Translations under genes and position numbers: made by a program
Notes under the pieces: generated by a model
Told to the model about the DNA's origin: nothing
The model's input: only the letters and a program-made list of their open reading frames with translations
Database searches by the model: none
Shown: in pieces, positions 10,735 to 21,665 of the stretch
Position numbering within the stretch: the first letter of the stretch is position 1
Layout of the letters: each line of letters begins with the position of its first letter
Source: Candidatus Falkowbacteria bacterium
Lineage (GTDB): Bacteria; Patescibacteriota; Patescibacteriia; Patescibacteriales; UBA12465
Assembly: GCA_009885285.1 (NCBI GenBank)
Contig: VFKX01000093.1
Span: forward strand, 1-53,646
Direction: 5' to 3'
DNA: 53,646 bases

Positions 10735-10768
10735 TTTCTCCTGTCCGCCAGCTGGCGGACGGGAGAAA
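10735..10768. repeat. GC-rich palindrome (REP-like) between atpE and atpF
   Basis: TTTCTCCTGTCCGCCAGCTGGCGGACGGGAGAAA with perfect 18-bp core GTCCGCCAGCTGGCGGAC. Confidence 0.75.
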
Positions 10769-10814
10769 GCGCTAGATTATTATCAATCACCAAGCATATT
10801 AATCATATATCTAT

Positions 10815-11303
10815 ATGGAGTCATTAATTTCAACTTTCCACGTCGACATTAAGTTATTAGTCGCCCAGCTCGTAAATTTCGCGATCGTTTTTTGCGTCCT
10901 GTATTTCTTCGCTTTTAAGCCCTTAGTCAAAGTGATGACTGAACGGACAGCGACGATTGATAAGAGCTTAAAAGATGCTGACGCCATCGAGAAGCGCTTG
11001 GCTTTGACTGAAACTGAACGCGATGAGATTATTGTAGCGGCTAAGAAACAGGCTAACCTGATTATTGAAGAGGCCGATAAGCGTGGCGAAGAAAGGAAGG
11101 GTGAGTTAATCGCTAAGGCGAAAGAAGAAATCGGCCAGGTCATTAATGCTGAGAAAGCCAAGTTAACCAGCGAGAAGGCGGAAACACTGAAAGAAATCAA
11201 GAAGGAAACTGCCGAACTGGTCATTCTGACGGTTGAGAAATTATTGAATGAAAAGATGACAGCCGATAAGGATAAGGAATTAATCAAGAAGCTAGTTAAG
11301 TAG
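10815..11303 (+). CDS. atpF: F0 subunit b
   Basis: AQLVNFAIVF...KPL...ER...I single TM plus long coiled coil; operon position. Confidence 0.95.
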   Translation: MESLISTFHVDIKLLVAQLVNFAIVFCVLYFFAFKPLVKVMTERTATIDKSLKDADAIEKRLALTETERDEIIVAAKKQANLIIEEADKRGEERKGELIAKAKEEIGQVINAEKAKLTSEKAETLKEIKKETAELVILTVEKLLNEKMTADKDKELIKKLVK

Positions 11304-11304
11304 T

Positions 11305-11706
11305 ATGAAGATATCCATACAACAATACGCTCAAAGCTTATATGACTCTGTTGTCGGTAAGTCCGATCAGGAGGCTAAAGAGATTTGTAAAAATTTCGCT
11401 GCCATTTTAGATCGGAATCATGATCTGAATAAAGAAGAGGCGATTATTGCCGTCTTTAATGATCTTTGGAATACCGCTAATGGGGAAGTGGCCGCCACTT
11501 TATCTAGCGCCCGGGAATTAGATAAGGCTGCTCGTCAGGATGTAGTTGAATATCTGAAAGCTAGGACTGGAGCTCAGAGCGTTTCCTTGGCAGAGAAGAT
11601 TGATAAGGGGCTGATTGGCGGATTCGTTCTCCGGTACGGCAGTAAAGTGCTTGACGGTAGCCTGAAGAATAGCCTGGATAATTTAAAAAATAAGATTAGT
11701 AATTAG
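11305..11706 (+). CDS. atpH: F1 subunit delta (short form)
   Basis: YAQSLY N-terminus, LIGGFVLRYGSKVLDGSLK C-terminus; operon position. Confidence 0.9.
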   Translation: MKISIQQYAQSLYDSVVGKSDQEAKEICKNFAAILDRNHDLNKEEAIIAVFNDLWNTANGEVAATLSSARELDKAARQDVVEYLKARTGAQSVSLAEKIDKGLIGGFVLRYGSKVLDGSLKNSLDNLKNKISN

Positions 11707-11729
11707 TTAAAATATTTTAGTATAAACGT

Positions 11730-13253
11730 ATGTCAACTACAAAGGATTTCATCGTCGATCAACTGAAAGCGGAAATATCCGGATTCAAAGCTGAGGTGAG
11801 CGAAAAATCAGTCGGAAAAGTTTTGAAGGTTTCCGACGGTATTGCTCTCGTCTCCGGTTTGGCTGAAGCGATGATGAGCGAAATTTTAATCTTTAAGACT
11901 GAAACCGTTGAAGTTACCGGCGTGGCTTTGAATCTCGAAGAAAACCAGGTTGGCGCTATCATTCTCGGAGACTACACCGCCATTAAGGAAGGTGACGAGG
12001 TTATTGCTACTAAGAGAATTTTGGAAGTTCCGGTCGGTGAAAATATGATTGGCCGCGTGGTTAATCCATTGGGCGAACCGATGGACGGCAAGGGTAAGAT
12101 TGAAACAACTAAATTCTATCCGGTAGAAAAAATCGCTCCGGGCGTTATTACTCGCGCTCCTGTCAAAGAGCCTGTTCAAACCGGTGTTAAGGCTATTGAC
12201 GCCATGATTCCGATTGGTCGTGGCCAGAGAGAACTTATTATTGGTGACCGCCAATTAGGGAAGACCGCTTTAGCAGTTGATACCATTATCAATCAGAAAG
12301 GCCAGAACATGAAATGTATTTATGTGGCTATCGGTCAGAAGGAATCCAAGGTGGCCAATATTGTTACTAAACTAACTGAGGCTGGCGCTATGGCTTACAC
12401 TACGGTCGTTTTAGCTGGCGCTTCCACTCCTGCTTCTTTGCTGTATATTGCTCCTTATGCCGGTTGCGCCATGGCTGAGTACTTCTGCGATAAGGGTGAG
12501 GATGTTTTGATTATTTATGATGATTTATCTAAACATGCTGTTTCTTACCGTGAAATTTCCTTATTGCTCCGTCGCCCACCGGGTCGTGAAGCTTATCCTG
12601 GCGATGTCTTCTATCTCCATTCCCGTTTATTGGAACGTGCTTGCAAATTAAACAAGGATTTTGGCGGCGGTTCTATTACCGCTTTACCAATCATTGAAAC
12701 CCAAGCTGGAGACTTATCCGCCTATATTCCGACTAACGTTATTTCCATTACCGATGGTCAGATTTTCTTGGAACCAGACTTATTCTATAAAGGCAATCGT
12801 CCGGCTGTTAACGCCGGCTTGTCAGTTTCCCGCGTCGGCTCTTCCGCTCAGATTAAGGCTATGAAGAAAGTAGCTGGTAAGATGCGTTTAGAAGCGGCTC
12901 AATACCGCGAACTGGCCGCTTTTGCCCAGTTCGGCTCTGACCTTGATTCTGAAACCCAGAAGAAGCTGGAGAGAGGCAAACGTTTGTATGAAGTCTTCAA
13001 GCAAGATCAGTACCAGCCATTATCAGTTGCTAAGCAGGTTGTTTGCTACTACGCTTTGATTAACGGCTTCATGGATAATGTTCCGGTAGAGAAGATTCGT
13101 GAATTTGAAGCTGGCTTATATAAATACGCTGATTTAAATGATGCGGCTCTGAAGTTGATCGACACTGTTAAAGAAATCAATGAAGAAGTTGAGAAGGGAA
13201 TTAAGAAATTGATTGAAGATTATAAGGCGACTGTTGACTATCTTATAAAATAA
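11730..13253 (+). CDS. atpA: F1 subunit alpha
   Basis: [31 protein letters not shown]. Confidence 0.99.
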   Translation: MSTTKDFIVDQLKAEISGFKAEVSEKSVGKVLKVSDGIALVSGLAEAMMSEILIFKTETVEVTGVALNLEENQVGAIILGDYTAIKEGDEVIATKRILEVPVGENMIGRVVNPLGEPMDGKGKIETTKFYPVEKIAPGVITRAPVKEPVQTGVKAIDAMIPIGRGQRELIIGDRQLGKTALAVDTIINQKGQNMKCIYVAIGQKESKVANIVTKLTEAGAMAYTTVVLAGASTPASLLYIAPYAGCAMAEYFCDKGEDVLIIYDDLSKHAVSYREISLLLRRPPGREAYPGDVFYLHSRLLERACKLNKDFGGGSITALPIIETQAGDLSAYIPTNVISITDGQIFLEPDLFYKGNRPAVNAGLSVSRVGSSAQIKAMKKVAGKMRLEAAQYRELAAFAQFGSDLDSETQKKLERGKRLYEVFKQDQYQPLSVAKQVVCYYALINGFMDNVPVEKIREFEAGLYKYADLNDAALKLIDTVKEINEEVEKGIKKLIEDYKATVDYLIK

Positions 13254-13259
13254 GTAACG

Positions 13260-13361
13260 GATTGAAACATATTTTGGAGCGCAAATGATTTCGTAAAGGA
13301 AAAATTAATAAAATTATTTTTTTCCACAGAAATCATCTAAGCGATAAAATATGGTTCAATC
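13260..13361. other. About 100-nt imperfect inverted repeat between atpA and atpG
   Basis: Nested arms GATTGAA/TTCAATC, CATATTTT/AAAATATG, ATGATTTC/GAAATCAT, GGAAAAA/TTTTTCC. Confidence 0.75.
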
Positions 13362-13367
13362 AATAAT

Positions 13368-15697
<2,330 letters not shown>

Positions 15698-15730
15698 GAA
15701 GCTCTTTTAGTGATTTTGGATAATAAACCT

Positions 15731-16174
15731 ATGGCAACGAAAATAATTAAATTTGAAATCGTGACTCCGGAGCGGATAGTTCTGTCTCAGGACATCATGC
15801 AGATTAGCGTCCCAACGACCAGCGGGGAAATTACTATTCTACCTGATCATATCCCCTTGGTTTCAGTTCTGAAACCCGGCGTTATGGAAATAAAATTAGC
15901 TGATAATACTTTAGAAGTCATTTCTGTTTCCGGAGGGTTTATTGAAGTTATGAAAGATAAGGTAGTTATTTTAGCAGACACTGCCGAGCGAGCGGAAGAG
16001 CTTGACGAAGAGCGTGTTAAACAAGCGCATCTACGGGCCGAGAAGCTTAAGGAAGAAGCTCATAATATTGATGACGTCCAGTTTGCCGCCATGGCCGCTA
16101 AGATTGAAAAAGAAATGGCTAGGTTGCACGCGGTTAACCGCTGGCGGAGGCTGAAGGGAATAAATCAGAAATAA
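15731..16174 (+). CDS. atpC: F1 subunit epsilon (start at ATG 15731)
   Basis: FEIVTPE, GEITILPDHIPL, VSGGFIEV. Confidence 0.95.
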   Translation: MATKIIKFEIVTPERIVLSQDIMQISVPTTSGEITILPDHIPLVSVLKPGVMEIKLADNTLEVISVSGGFIEVMKDKVVILADTAERAEELDEERVKQAHLRAEKLKEEAHNIDDVQFAAMAAKIEKEMARLHAVNRWRRLKGINQK

Positions 16175-16208
16175 TTAATGATTATATATAGTACCTTGTA
16201 AATATTTT

Positions 16209-17168
16209 ATGTCTAACTTTGAAAATATCAATATGAAGAACATGAAAGAAGAATTGATCGATGAAGTAGCTGATGAAGCAATCATACTTGGTGAAGAAAT
16301 CCAGGTTCAAGAGAAGGCTGATTTTCAAGCTGATCATCACGAACGTCCGGCCGGACATGAGCACGGAGATAATAAACACGACCAGCATGATGAATCTTTA
16401 TTTGACGCGGCTTGGGAAAAATCTAGCCGCCATCCTTTAATTGAAGGTCTGAAAGCCGGTAAAAACATTGAAGATTTATTGGAGGCAATGACTGGATTCA
16501 AAGAGGCGTTCAGCCAAGAATCTCTTTTAAATAATCCTAATTGCTGCTTTGAATGTTCTGATGAACGCGTTAAGACCGGAGACTCAGTTAAGGGTGTTAA
16601 AGTTGCCTTGGCTGGGGAAGGCTTATTATTAAGTGCTGCTGATAAAGCTATTTTAGAAAAAGCTTTAGCTGGTAAGAATATTAAGATTACCGGACATGAG
16701 GGCTGCGGAGCGGCTAAATTAGCTCATCCTCATGAGAATGACAGTGATTCTTTCGGTTATTCTGATGCGGAAAAGTTAGCTAAAGAAACCGGCAATGTTT
16801 ATGAAAAGGTAACCAAGGAAAAATTCCGAAGCCCAGTTCATGATGGCCGAGCTTTAGTAGTTGACGGCACTTTATGTTTCAATTCCGCTTATCTAGACGG
16901 CTTTCCGGCATCTTTTCGCACTGATGCTCCAGGCTTAGGTTTGAGTGACGAATATGTCGTTACTGAAATTAATGCATTAACGAATATTGCTCTAGGTGAT
17001 CATGGGCTTGGAAAACGGTTCACCCAGGAAAGTCCATTTTACGTGATAATTTCTGCAGCCGGCCAGGAGCAGCTTGATAATTTAATGACATTAGCTAATA
17101 CTGCTATTCAGTCATTTAACGGTAGAGCTCAAGTTAAGGGTTTTATCGCTCCTCCGGTTAAAGAATAA
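16209..17168 (+). CDS. Hypothetical protein with beta/zeta carbonic-anhydrase-like metal site and His-rich N-terminus
   Basis: CSDERV (CxDxR) and GHEGCGAA (HxxC); DHHERPAGHEHGDNKHDQH. Confidence 0.55.
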   Translation: MSNFENINMKNMKEELIDEVADEAIILGEEIQVQEKADFQADHHERPAGHEHGDNKHDQHDESLFDAAWEKSSRHPLIEGLKAGKNIEDLLEAMTGFKEAFSQESLLNNPNCCFECSDERVKTGDSVKGVKVALAGEGLLLSAADKAILEKALAGKNIKITGHEGCGAAKLAHPHENDSDSFGYSDAEKLAKETGNVYEKVTKEKFRSPVHDGRALVVDGTLCFNSAYLDGFPASFRTDAPGLGLSDEYVVTEINALTNIALGDHGLGKRFTQESPFYVIISAAGQEQLDNLMTLANTAIQSFNGRAQVKGFIAPPVKE

Positions 17169-17186
17169 GACATAGTAAGAATAATG

Positions 17187-17214
17187 AAAGGCCGTTACTA
17201 CAACGGCCTTTTTT
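17187..17214 (+). terminator. Intrinsic terminator
   Basis: AAAGGCCGTT-ACTAC-AACGGCCTTTTTT. Confidence 0.85.
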
Positions 17215-17246
17215 ATAGCTATATTACTTCGATTATTGCCTATTAC

Positions 17247-17275
17247 TTGACAATTATACTTAAATATGATATATT
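17247..17275 (+). promoter_or_regulatory. Strong sigma70 promoter of accessory unit
   Basis: TTGACA-17 nt-TATATT with TGn extended -10. Confidence 0.75.
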
Positions 17276-17386
17276 TAATTTATCAATAGATCTTTAATAA
17301 TATTGTTTAAATTGGATTAATTATTAAATCCGCCTAAGTTAGGCGAACTTATAGTTAATCTAATTATTCATTAATAACTTATAATC

Positions 17387-17623
17387 ATGGCAACAGGAAA
17401 TTGTCCCCATTGTGGAGCTTATAAAACTGGTCTTGAACCGAATAAAACTTACGAGTGCTGCAAATGCGGCAAAGACTACTCAACGTTCTCTAATTATAGA
17501 ACTGAAAGCTCAGTCATGGAAAGTCAGCGCCAGTCAATTGCTTCTAACTTTACAAAGCTTGAAAAAGCTCTGGAAATTGTCAGCGGTGCTTGGGTGATGA
17601 ACAAAATATGGAAGAGTCTTTAA
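17387..17623 (+). CDS. Small zinc-ribbon-like hypothetical protein
   Basis: CPHCG...CCKCG; has its own promoter and terminator. Confidence 0.65.
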   Translation: MATGNCPHCGAYKTGLEPNKTYECCKCGKDYSTFSNYRTESSVMESQRQSIASNFTKLEKALEIVSGAWVMNKIWKSL

Positions 17624-17642
17624 ATAGAGTCACAAAATTGCG

Positions 17643-17673
17643 AGGGAAGGACTAGTAATAGCCTTCCTTTTTT
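17643..17673 (+). terminator. Intrinsic terminator
   Basis: AGGGAAGG-ACTAGTAATAG-CCTTCCTTTTTT. Confidence 0.8.
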
Positions 17674-17680
17674 ATTTGTA

Positions 17681-17708
17681 TTGACAAAAATGTGTAATAT
17701 TATATAAT
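17681..17708 (+). promoter_or_regulatory. sigma70 promoter
   Basis: TTGACA-16 nt-TATAAT. Confidence 0.7.
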
Positions 17709-17739
17709 TTTTTCATATAATACCTTAATAATTTATTTA

Positions 17740-17970
17740 ATGGAAAAGCTTTGGAAAGTCTTGATAATGGTATTTCTGATATTATTTTGTCTGGGAATAC
17801 TCTCATTTATTAGTTCTTATGCCCTAGATTTGATGTTTGGTGCCCAGGCCCATATGTGCATGTGTCTGAATGAAATTGGTATCGCCGTCGCTAGCGTTTC
17901 AGTAATAGGAATATTAGTAGCCACCTCGAAGTATCTAGTCCATCTCTATGGTTCAAGAAGGATCGGATAA
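17740..17970 (+). CDS. Small 2-TM membrane protein
   Basis: Two hydrophobic helices; lies between a promoter and a terminator. Confidence 0.65.
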   Translation: MEKLWKVLIMVFLILFCLGILSFISSYALDLMFGAQAHMCMCLNEIGIAVASVSVIGILVATSKYLVHLYGSRRIG

Positions 17971-18000
17971 GATTAACTTTTACTAGAGTACTTACAGTAA

Positions 18001-18029
18001 TAGCCGCCTAGTATAGAGCGGCTTTTTTA
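18001..18029 (+). terminator. Intrinsic terminator
   Basis: AGCCGC-CTAGTATAGA-GCGGCTTTTTTT. Confidence 0.8.
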
Positions 18030-18058
18030 TTGACAAAAATGGGCAAATACCGTAAAGT
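18030..18058 (+). promoter_or_regulatory. sigma70 promoter abutting the terminator
   Basis: TTGACA-17 nt-TAAAGT; a second TATAAT at 18064-18069. Confidence 0.65.
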
Positions 18059-18116
18059 AGGGCTATAATAATTGATATATTGTCCCTTAACATAGTAATA
18101 ACTAAATATTCGTACC

Positions 18117-18455
18117 ATGAAGACAAATGTGTTCACTAATGAAGATGTTAAACAGGCGAATCTAAAGTCCATTAAATTGCGCCAAGAATCTAAAGAGAGT
18201 CTCGATCGTTTTAAGAGGTATTTCCGCCAGTGTTTATTAATTGTTTCAACTGTCGCTCCGCTCACTTACTTAATTATCTGGTTGATTGATAAGTCGTTTC
18301 AGCTGAATGAGATATTGATTTCAGGATCTTACATATTTTTGGCTGTAATCGTCATTGTTCTGATAATCGCGCTAATCGGTTTAAACGCTAATATCCACCG
18401 GTTAAATAAACAGAACAGAGGAACGTCAGTCACGCCGCTTGATGATTCTTTATAG
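18117..18455 (+). CDS. Small 2-TM membrane protein
   Basis: Charged N-terminal helix followed by two TM segments. Confidence 0.7.
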   Translation: MKTNVFTNEDVKQANLKSIKLRQESKESLDRFKRYFRQCLLIVSTVAPLTYLIIWLIDKSFQLNEILISGSYIFLAVIVIVLIIALIGLNANIHRLNKQNRGTSVTPLDDSL

Positions 18456-18487
18456 TCAATAATAATCATAATTAAACTTGTGTAAGA

Positions 18488-18790
18488 ATGAAGAAAAAGA
18501 AAGTTCGCCAGCCGGATATTTTGACGGCCAAGAGGTTTAATAATGCTCATTTGCGGCTGCCCGGGGTAATTAATAAATCACAGATAGTTATTGCCTGCAT
18601 GTTCTTTATCAGCAGTATTTATCTGGCTCTGAGTGCAGTCTTTAGTGCGTGGTCTCTGAATTGGCCACTGATATTTATTCTCGCTCTACTTCTTGTCGTT
18701 TATGTAGCGCTGAGAATAAAGGCTAGGCGTCTACGCAGTCTGATTGCTTGGAAACGTGTTAATGACGGCCTGGGTATCAGGTTGAAATAG
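18488..18790 (+). CDS. Small basic 2-TM membrane protein
   Basis: Two TM segments with basic termini. Confidence 0.65.
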   Translation: MKKKKVRQPDILTAKRFNNAHLRLPGVINKSQIVIACMFFISSIYLALSAVFSAWSLNWPLIFILALLLVVYVALRIKARRLRSLIAWKRVNDGLGIRLK

Positions 18791-18818
18791 ATTTAGTGTT
18801 TATCTAATATTGTAAGTA

Positions 18819-19187
18819 ATGAAAGAGAATGACAATGAACAATTGGGTGACAATGAAGTTGAGGAGTCCGAGCTTGAGAGCCGAACTAAATACCAGAGTT
18901 ATGGAGCAAAACTGTTCGAATTAACTCAGCAAGCTTATTCGGGCCTAAAGCTGGTGAGAAGCTATAAAAAAAGAGATAAGGTTTTTAGAATAACCCTTAT
19001 ATCTTTATTGACAATCGCTATATTGCTTATCAGTGTCGATAAGTTGCTCACCGATTTAGGTCTGTGGGCTTATCGCTGGCCCGTCATTCTGATGCTTAGT
19101 ATTCAAGCCATTAGGTTTGTCGATCTGGTAATTTTGAACCGGAGCTTAGATAATTTGCATAGTAGTCCTCGGAAGCCTGTAAAATAG
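18819..19187 (+). CDS. Small 2-TM membrane protein
   Basis: Acidic N-terminus then two TM segments. Confidence 0.7.
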   Translation: MKENDNEQLGDNEVEESELESRTKYQSYGAKLFELTQQAYSGLKLVRSYKKRDKVFRITLISLLTIAILLISVDKLLTDLGLWAYRWPVILMLSIQAIRFVDLVILNRSLDNLHSSPRKPVK

Positions 19188-19236
19188 CTCGTAATAATCC
19201 CTAGTCAATGGAGTTTGTGGGAATTAATTTATTGTT

Positions 19237-19264
19237 TAGCCGTTATTTAAATAGCGGCTTTTTT
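19237..19264. terminator. Terminator between convergent genes
   Basis: AGCCGTTATTTAAATAGCGGCT-TTTTT. Confidence 0.75.
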
Positions 19265-20072
19265 ATTTCCAGAAAAGCCAGACAGTAACAATAATACCCA
19301 GAACTATTCGGTACCAGCCGAAGGCACTGAAGTTATTTTTTTGGATGAATTTTAAGAAGAATTTTATACCCAGAATCGCGGTTATAAACGCGGTGATAAA
19401 ACCGATAGCCCAGATAAATATTTCCTGGCCAGTTAGGCTCATTAATAAATCGCGGCTTTTGAGCAAGTCGAGAGCGGTGGCGGCGGCCATAGTTGGAATA
19501 GCTAGCAGGAAGGAGAACTCGACAATATTTTGTCGGCTGATACCCAGACTGAGGCCACCAAGAATGGTGGCGGCTGAACGCGATACGCCCGGAACCATGG
19601 CTAGCGACTGGCAAGCCCCAATGGCTACGGCTTGCTGGTAAGTGATAGCTTTTAGTTCTATGTTGACTGGTGCAGTGGCCTTATCAATTTCTGATAATTT
19701 TTTGGCATGATATCTCTCCAGGAGAATGATAGCGATGCCGCCTAGGAAGAGGGCGCCGGCAATCAGGGGTAAGTCTTCCATCAGATAAGTCTTAACTAGT
19801 TTATACAGCCCTAGGCCGATAATGGAGGTGGTGGCAAAGGCTGCGCCAATCTTAAAGATCAGATTCCAGGAACTCCAGATTTTTTTCCAAAAGAGGATTA
19901 ATACGGCTAGAATGGCGCCGAGCTGGATGGAAATAGTAAAAGTCTTTAAAAAGTCAGTGGCGGGAATTTTTAGCCAGGCGCTCGCGATGATTAAATGAGC
20001 GGTTGAGGAGACGGGAATAAACTCGGTCAACCCTTCGATAATACCCAAAATCAGGCTGTGGAAAATAGTCAT
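19263..20072 (-). CDS. uppP: Undecaprenyl-diphosphate phosphatase
   Basis: IIEGLTEFIPVSSTAHL, IQLGAILAV, PGVSRSAAT, FGWYRI. Confidence 0.96.
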   Translation of the reverse strand: MTIFHSLILGIIEGLTEFIPVSSTAHLIIASAWLKIPATDFLKTFTISIQLGAILAVLILFWKKIWSSWNLIFKIGAAFATTSIIGLGLYKLVKTYLMEDLPLIAGALFLGGIAIILLERYHAKKLSEIDKATAPVNIELKAITYQQAVAIGACQSLAMVPGVSRSAATILGGLSLGISRQNIVEFSFLLAIPTMAAATALDLLKSRDLLMSLTGQEIFIWAIGFITAFITAILGIKFFLKFIQKNNFSAFGWYRIVLGIIVTVWLFWK

Positions 20073-20216
20073 AATGTAATTATTATATCTCTATTTTACT
20101 ATATTATTTTAACTGGCGATAGCTTGACATGGATAAGATAAATTGTCATCTTAAATCATTTTTATTTTGCTTGCTTTTTTGCTATAATAAGCTTATCTAA
20201 TTCGTATTCTTTCTTT

Positions 20217-20711
20217 ATGAAAAAAACTCCTAAAATTGATAAGCAAGATATTAGAAAGTCGGTTGTTGTGGCTGTTTCCGGGTATTTTAATCCGCTTCAT
20301 GTCGGCCATTTGGAAATGATCCAGAAGGCTAAAAAACTGGGCGATGAGCTGGTCGTGATTATTAATAACGATATTCAGGTCGCCTTGAAGGGCAGCGTTC
20401 CGTTTATGCCTTTAGCTGATCGTATTAAGATTGTTAAAGCCTTGCGCGATGTTGATCGAGTTTTTGTTTCTATCGATAAGGATAAGACTGTGTGTAAGTC
20501 ATTAATTAAAGTTCGTCCGAATATCTTTGCTAATGGTGGCGATCGCCACAGCATCGGCGATGTCCCGGAATATCCGCTTTGCCAGAAATATGACATTAAA
20601 ATGGTTGACGGCTTGGGTAGAAAAATCAGAGCCAGCTCACAATTAATTGCTAATGCGGCCGCCCTGAAAGAACAGCAGGCAAAAATTGAAAAAAAACGAA
20701 ATAAGGTTTAA
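20217..20711 (+). CDS. Cytidylyl/adenylyltransferase family protein (HxGH; TagD/RfaE/FAD-synthase-like)
   Basis: SGYFNPLHVGH, FANGGDR, RASSQLI. Confidence 0.85.
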   Translation: MKKTPKIDKQDIRKSVVVAVSGYFNPLHVGHLEMIQKAKKLGDELVVIINNDIQVALKGSVPFMPLADRIKIVKALRDVDRVFVSIDKDKTVCKSLIKVRPNIFANGGDRHSIGDVPEYPLCQKYDIKMVDGLGRKIRASSQLIANAAALKEQQAKIEKKRNKV

Positions 20712-20713
20712 TT

Positions 20714-21661
20714 ATGAAGAAATTAGTCAAATACTTTTCCATCGCGGCCGCCATATTCTTTGCCACTTCGCTGGTTATTGCTTTGTTTTATATCCGGTTT
20801 GTCTATCAGGCTCTGGTCTCTAATAATGAAGGCAAATTGCCGCCAGCTATCGTTCGTCTGATTGAAAAATTTTCTAAAACTAAACCAGCTCCAGCTCCCC
20901 AATTGCGCGCTGAGGAAACTATCCGTGTCCTAGAGGGCTGGACCACTAGGGATATCGGGCAATATTTTGCGGCTGAAGGAAAATGGACGGAAAAAGAATT
21001 TCTGGATGAGTCCGGCTGGCCAATGATTGATTACCGCAACAATAAAAAAAAGCCGGAGCTCCGCGACTGGTCAAACGATTTTCCATTTCTACAGGACAAG
21101 CCTGAATATTACGGCCTGGAAGGATATCTGTATCCGGATACTTATCGGATTTATGCCAGCTCAACCATTTCAGAGGTGATTGAAAAAATGCTGGGTAATT
21201 TTGACTCGAAGCTGGATGACAAAATGCGAGCAGATATTAAGAAACAGGGGAAGAGTATCTATGAAATAGTGACGATGGCTTCAATCATTGAGAAGGAAGC
21301 GCCGTTAAACTACGCGACTGGAGATAATCGCGAAGCACGTATTATTTCCGGTATTTTTTGGAACCGTCTGGAAATCGGCCAAGGACTGCAATCTGATGCC
21401 ACTTTAACGTATATCTTTGGCGATAATAATCCGGCTCATTCCGGCAAGGATTTAGAGATTGACTCTCCTTACAACACTTATAAATACCGCGGCCTGCCGC
21501 CAGGACCGATTGCTAATCCAGGTATCCTAGCCATCCAAGCGGCCATTTATCCGATTGCGACGGACTATTATTATTTTTTAACTTCCCCTGGCGATAATAA
21601 TGTTTACTATGCCCGTAGCTACGATGAGCATTTGAAAAATAAGTATAAATATTTAAAATAA
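20714..21661 (+). CDS. mltG: Endolytic transglycosylase MltG (YceG family)
   Basis: LEGYLYPDTY, ASIIEKEA, LQSDAT, DSPYNTYKYRGLPPGPIANPG. Confidence 0.95.
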   Translation: MKKLVKYFSIAAAIFFATSLVIALFYIRFVYQALVSNNEGKLPPAIVRLIEKFSKTKPAPAPQLRAEETIRVLEGWTTRDIGQYFAAEGKWTEKEFLDESGWPMIDYRNNKKKPELRDWSNDFPFLQDKPEYYGLEGYLYPDTYRIYASSTISEVIEKMLGNFDSKLDDKMRADIKKQGKSIYEIVTMASIIEKEAPLNYATGDNREARIISGIFWNRLEIGQGLQSDATLTYIFGDNNPAHSGKDLEIDSPYNTYKYRGLPPGPIANPGILAIQAAIYPIATDYYYFLTSPGDNNVYYARSYDEHLKNKYKYLK

Positions 21662-21665
21662 GCTT

